From assembly GCA_963826715.1 (NCBI GenBank), contig CAWGYA010000008.1, positions 224,001 through 288,000 of the forward strand: DNA of 64,000 nt. The letters are read 5' to 3'. A program made the position numbers and the translations under genes. The notes beneath the pieces were generated by a model. That model made no database searches, had not been told where the DNA came from, and saw only the letters and a list, made by a program, of their open reading frames with translations. Below, piece by piece: positions 60,168-64,000 of the stretch (positions are counted from its first letter, which is position 1; each line of letters starts with the position of its first letter). Source of the stretch: Candidatus Bathyarchaeota archaeon (GTDB taxonomy: Archaea; Thermoproteota; Bathyarchaeia; Bathyarchaeales; Bathycorpusculaceae).

Positions 60168-61091
60168 TCATTCCTCTTCTTCTTCACTAACGTCTTCAAA
60201 TATGTCTACCGATGCCGAAAAACCAGTTAACGGAACGGCAGGTGGCTTTTCCAATTGCTTTAATGTGGGGAAGATATGTCTACGTAGGAACCATTCATAT
60301 TCGCTGTAAGTCGCACTTGTGTAAAACCTAAGAAGTGCATCCTCAGAAAGAGTAATGACTTTTCTATGGTTTTTCCCGTCAGGAGCGGTAACACTATAAG
60401 CAAACATATGTTGGTGGATTGAACTTCTCTTCTTATCATTTAAGTATGATTCTTCATTTTCAAAACCCTTGCCTACTATTCTGACTGATTTTATTTTTGG
60501 TGTGGCAAAGCCATCTAATGTAGTGTCCAGAAGTTCACCATTAAGTGACTCTCTGACAGCTTCTACATCGCTGGGGGCAATACCTGCTGGAACGGCATAC
60601 AATCCCACCGTTATCAGAAAGTTGTTAATTCTATCGAAAGTGCTTTTGCTATTAGCCCTTGACCCTAAGATTACAAGATAGACCCTTTTTAACCGCTCAT
60701 CTTGACAAACAAGAAAATGTATCTCAGTTGTTGCTATAATGAATATCCTGTAACCTCTATATGTCCATTCCAAGGGTTTGTCAAAAGTAATTTTGCCAAA
60801 CAAAGAAGAACCCGTTAGGGTAATTTTATCAATACTTGTCCTAAGCACAAGCTTACCTGTAGCTTTGTCCTTGAAAACCTCTGGGATGACTAGTTTTTCA
60901 TTTTTTTGACTATTTTGTAGCTCTTCCACATCTATGTAAGAAGTATCGGATTTGTCTTTCAGCGTTTCCATTAACTTTGTCCAGACTATCTGACCTTTTT
61001 TATATTGTATGAGAAAGAAAGAAACTCCAGTGATAACCTTACTTTGTTCTCTGTACACATCAACAAAGTCTGATGTTGGGGTTTCGGTCAT
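60168..61091 (-). CDS. hypothetical protein, 307 aa
   Basis: Long ORF with upstream TATA-like TTTATATA; 4 bp from downstream gene. Confidence 0.72.
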   Translation of the reverse strand: MTETPTSDFVDVYREQSKVITGVSFFLIQYKKGQIVWTKLMETLKDKSDTSYIDVEELQNSQKNEKLVIPEVFKDKATGKLVLRTSIDKITLTGSSLFGKITFDKPLEWTYRGYRIFIIATTEIHFLVCQDERLKRVYLVILGSRANSKSTFDRINNFLITVGLYAVPAGIAPSDVEAVRESLNGELLDTTLDGFATPKIKSVRIVGKGFENEESYLNDKKRSSIHQHMFAYSVTAPDGKNHRKVITLSEDALLRFYTSATYSEYEWFLRRHIFPTLKQLEKPPAVPLTGFSASVDIFEDVSEEEEE

Positions 61092-61459
61092 AGGTTAAGC
61101 ATTACAGAACAAAGTGTATATAAATTATTATAACAGCAACAAAGCATTTACAGCCTTGCGATGTCAAGTTTATTTTTAAAAAATGGGTTTCAGCGGATGG
61201 ATTCCCCTTGTTTTATAGCGAACAAAATCGAACTACGTAGGGGCGAGTTTTCGGCTATTTTGGGCTTGTTTTAGATGGAAAAAATGCGGCGGGCATCACT
61301 TATCATCCAATAAGTAACTCAAAAGAGATGTTTATCAGGACAAAAACTTAGCTGTATTAGCCGATAAAACTTTTAACTTCCCTACCGAAAACAAGGCTAT
61401 AAAGGCAAAGATTAGTACTTTTAGAACTAAAAAAGGATTAAAAAGGGATAGGATTAAAA

Positions 61460-62947
61460 TTACATTAAATGCCTTCGCCAATGGTCTTTAAGTTTCATAT
61501 TTTTGCGTTTATCTGGATGTAATAAGTATTCTTTCCATTGGCTAAGTGTATCTGGGTTGAATAGTATCTTATGTTCTTCAATTGTCTCCCAGATTGCTCT
61601 ACAAGTTTGAGGGTCATCTTCTATTTCTTTATCTGATGCTTGTTTGTCAGTATCGGAATCATAACCATAATCAAAATAGACCTCATTCATGTCTTCTTCA
61701 TATTGCCATTTTTCTGCCTGATAACTCATGAAGTCATCAATTTTCTTATTGGTTTCTTCGAGTTGCTTTTGTTGTTCAGCTATGATTTTGATATTTTCAA
61801 GTTTTCCTTTTTCGGTCTCTGCTTTCTGTTCGTTTAGTTCTGCTTTTAAGTCTGCTACTGTTTCAGGGACTAGGTAAGGAATGCATGACCTGAAAACCTC
61901 TAATTGGTCAGTGTTTGGTCTATCTTCATCATCGTCTAAACCTTCATAAACTGCCTCAATTCCATCAGGCGTATGAGACGTTAATGGTTTAGTTAGGTTG
62001 GAAGTAATTTTGATTTTGTCTCTAAGAACTGTGCTGATAACATCTCTAAAGTCTTGTGGGCTATAGCGTTTTTCGCCTTTGAATGCTTTTTCTGATGCAT
62101 CAACAAAAATGGAAAAAATGTTAGTTAGTGTACCGCCTTTCTTACTGCCTACTTTTGTTGATTTATAACTCATGAATAATGGTGAATTGTTGTTATATGC
62201 TATGCCTTTTTCGTTTAGTTCTGCTTTGTACGCTTCGAATTTCTGGTTTGCATAGTAGTGCAAGAATCCGACATGTTTAGCTTTTCTATATTTGCCTTTG
62301 CCGCTACCTTTTAACCGTTTAGCTTCTACTCTTAACCAGAAAGAAACGTCTTTATCGTCAAGCGGTTTCAAATCTCCAATCTTTAATTGTCTAAGTGTGC
62401 CTTTGCGTACAGGACAAGATTCTAAGAACCAAACCAAAAACTTGTCTCGATTGGTAGTCATAGCCTCTTCAAGCTTAAGGCAATCTTCAACTTTTGGCGT
62501 TCTCTTTTTAGGGTCTGGTTTATCGAGAAAATCCCCTACATCGGAATCTAGGCTTCTCTTTCTATTAGATTTATAAAAGCTTTTGACAGCCGCAAGCACT
62601 CCAATCTTTGAGTCAATTGTAAATTCCCTCTCTTCTTTTTCGCCATTTTCATCTATGCCAAAATATGTGTCTTGCCTAAGATATTTCTCTAAAAGTTCTT
62701 CTGCGGCATCTTCATTAATTGAATCTGCATTTACGCCTTTTTGGAGCATAACCGCAAATTCCAATTGAGTTGGCTTTAGCTTAATTAGCTCATCTGGAGT
62801 CATGCATACATTATCGCAATAGGTTTTGATTCTGCTAATGTAAATTGTTTCTGTATCCTTGCTGTCTTTGCATTTCTTATCATAGAAATTTTGTCCAGAA
62901 ACGAAAGATAATAGCCATGCCTTGTTAGAGTCAGTCATACGGCTCAA
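61460..62947 (-). CDS. int: tyrosine recombinase / integrase
   Basis: CPVRKGTL..LKIGDL (R), SPQDFR (HxxR position), LTSH, EAVY (Tyr); likely start TTG 62947 behind GAGGTGA. Confidence 0.88.
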   Translation of the reverse strand: MSRMTDSNKAWLLSFVSGQNFYDKKCKDSKDTETIYISRIKTYCDNVCMTPDELIKLKPTQLEFAVMLQKGVNADSINEDAAEELLEKYLRQDTYFGIDENGEKEEREFTIDSKIGVLAAVKSFYKSNRKRSLDSDVGDFLDKPDPKKRTPKVEDCLKLEEAMTTNRDKFLVWFLESCPVRKGTLRQLKIGDLKPLDDKDVSFWLRVEAKRLKGSGKGKYRKAKHVGFLHYYANQKFEAYKAELNEKGIAYNNNSPLFMSYKSTKVGSKKGGTLTNIFSIFVDASEKAFKGEKRYSPQDFRDVISTVLRDKIKITSNLTKPLTSHTPDGIEAVYEGLDDDEDRPNTDQLEVFRSCIPYLVPETVADLKAELNEQKAETEKGKLENIKIIAEQQKQLEETNKKIDDFMSYQAEKWQYEEDMNEVYFDYGYDSDTDKQASDKEIEDDPQTCRAIWETIEEHKILFNPDTLSQWKEYLLHPDKRKNMKLKDHWRRHLM

Positions 62948-62996
62948 GAAAATGTCACCTCTGAAAAAGTTAAAGGTTGCTGAATATCGGTTGTTT

Positions 62997-63017
62997 TTAA
63001 GTGTCTGAAATGGGACA
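62997..63017 (-). repeat. inverted copy of the attL inner sequence
   Basis: TTAAGTGTCTGAAATGGGACA matches the reverse complement of 53006-53026 at 19/21. Confidence 0.8.
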
Positions 63018-63056
63018 CAAGACATGCAGTTCTTAAGTGACTCAATTCGGTAGCTA

Positions 63057-63095
63057 AACAAGCTTTAAATGTACCATTTGATACATCAAGAAAAC
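63057..63095 (+). repeat. attR-like direct repeat containing the probable TATA box of the downstream gene
   Basis: AACAAGCTTTAAATGTACCATTTGATACAtcAAGAAAAC; TTTAAAT lies ~30 nt before ATG 63099. Confidence 0.88.
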
Positions 63096-63098
63096 ATT

Positions 63099-63677
63099 AT
63101 GACAGTCGCTCAAAACGTCCGCAGTCATCTACGAAACAAACCCTATTTACTCGAAGCCTTAGAGAAAGGCATAGTTAACTTGAGTGAGCTTTCACGGCAA
63201 ATTCAAATAGAACTCAAATCCAGCGATACCAGCGCCATAAAAGCTGCCCTGCGCCGTTACAGCGAAGAACTTCAAAAACACAAACAGAAACGCGAAGAAA
63301 AAGTGTTGGCTCTCCTAAAACGTAGTGGCGTGGCTGTCTATGACCGCAAATCCGTCATGATAACCGCCAAAGAGCTCAGTTCAAAGGCAGGCATGAAGGT
63401 AGATTTGCTTGACAAATTCGTATACCTCACTGATCGAAACGATTTGCCCGAACGTACGCCCTCGTTGGTGAAACATGAGAACTGCACTATGATTGTAATT
63501 CATTCACCTGAGGAACTTGAAGCTACCCCAGGTGTCGTTGCCTTCCTAGCCACTTTATTGGCCGAGCAAAATATCAACATCGTCGAGTTCATTTCATGTT
63601 GGACAGAAACTATCATGGTGGTAGAAAAAAAAGACAGCTTAAAGGCCTACGAGGTTCTCTCAAACTTAGTGGGTTAA
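63099..63677 (+). CDS. HTH-like + ACT-domain putative amino-acid-responsive regulator
   Basis: GIVNLSELSRQI...AIKAALRR N-domain; TPGVVAFL..LLAEQNINIVEFISCWTE ACT domain. Confidence 0.78.
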   Translation: MTVAQNVRSHLRNKPYLLEALEKGIVNLSELSRQIQIELKSSDTSAIKAALRRYSEELQKHKQKREEKVLALLKRSGVAVYDRKSVMITAKELSSKAGMKVDLLDKFVYLTDRNDLPERTPSLVKHENCTMIVIHSPEELEATPGVVAFLATLLAEQNINIVEFISCWTETIMVVEKKDSLKAYEVLSNLVG

Positions 63678-63761
63678 CGGATGCTTGTTAAAGGCAAAAT
63701 TAAATAATGTTCAATCCGAATTAAGCCAATTAACCATTTCACATTAGCGGAGACATACAAG

Positions 63762-64000
63762 ATGGTACACCAAGAATGCATAAACTGCAAGACAATTTAT
63801 GGTATTGACGAGATTGTGTACTTCTGCAGAAAATGCGGAGAAATCCTGGAGATAAAGTTCGATGGCGACGAATTATCCGCTGCAGTCCAAGACAGCAATT
63901 GGAAAAGTAAGCCGCTTTCGGTTTGGCGTTATCGCCCTTTTATGCCAATTCATGAAGCCTCTAAGCCTATAACGCTCAGTGAAGGTGGAACTGGGCTGCA
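63762..64000 (+). CDS. thrC: threonine synthase, N-terminal part (runs off window)
   Basis: Manual translation MVHQECINCK...CRKCGEIL...SVWRYRPFMP...ITLSEGGTGL. Confidence 0.88.
   Translation, partial: MVHQECINCKTIYGIDEIVYFCRKCGEILEIKFDGDELSAAVQDSNWKSKPLSVWRYRPFMPIHEASKPITLSEGGTGL

Larger units (their letters stand above)
52993..63095. mobile_element. ~10 kb integrated tyrosine-recombinase element (integrative plasmid, provirus or satellite)
   Basis: Flanking direct repeat, terminal integrase, visibly AT-richer than flanks, HNH/RHH/wHTH/P-loop ATPase genes, interrupts an amino-acid biosynthesis neighbourhood. Confidence 0.88.

Noticed and set aside
62948-63061. ORF-track N-terminal extension of the integrase reaching attR (suggesting an SSV-type split int)
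   Set aside because: A good GAGGTGA RBS precedes TTG 62947, the extension overlaps the repeats and looks non-coding, and the catalytic gene is intact
1-64000. CRISPR arrays, rRNA, IS transposases, C/D-box sRNAs
   Set aside because: No regularly spaced repeats, rRNA-like sequence, DDE/HUH transposase motifs or paired C/D boxes were seen by eye

Overview
Archaeal chromosomal segment, most likely Bathyarchaeia (inferred from gene content, frequent TTG/GTG starts with GGTGA/GAGGT ribosome-binding sites, and a typical signal-peptide + PEFT + C-terminal-anchor surface protein). Contents in order: part of the ribosomal protein cluster (uL22 to uL5), hydrogenase maturation genes hypEDCF, an acyl-CoA ligase, an intron-containing tRNA-Met, housekeeping genes (Hsp20, SWIM, RPA, MFS, LLM oxidoreductase), then about 35 kb of amino-acid biosynthesis (cimA, ilvD, ilvBH-leuCDBA-pheA, aspartate kinase plus the archaeal ADH/DHQ-II shikimate/Tyr operon, aspartate-semialdehyde homocysteine synthase module, argGH-carAB). 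An AT-rich ~10 kb tyrosine-integrase element (52993-63095) sits in the divergent argG / ACT-regulator promoter region, and thrC starts at the right edge. Two observations stand out. (1) An unannotated 29-codon ORF with 8 Phe/Tyr in its last 15 codons, followed by a hairpin hiding a U6 tract, lies directly upstream of the aromatic amino-acid operon: a candidate archaeal leader-peptide attenuator. (2) The small integrative element targets a TATA-box promoter rather than a tRNA and carries mostly unknown genes. All calls come from motif recognition by eye; no searches were run.
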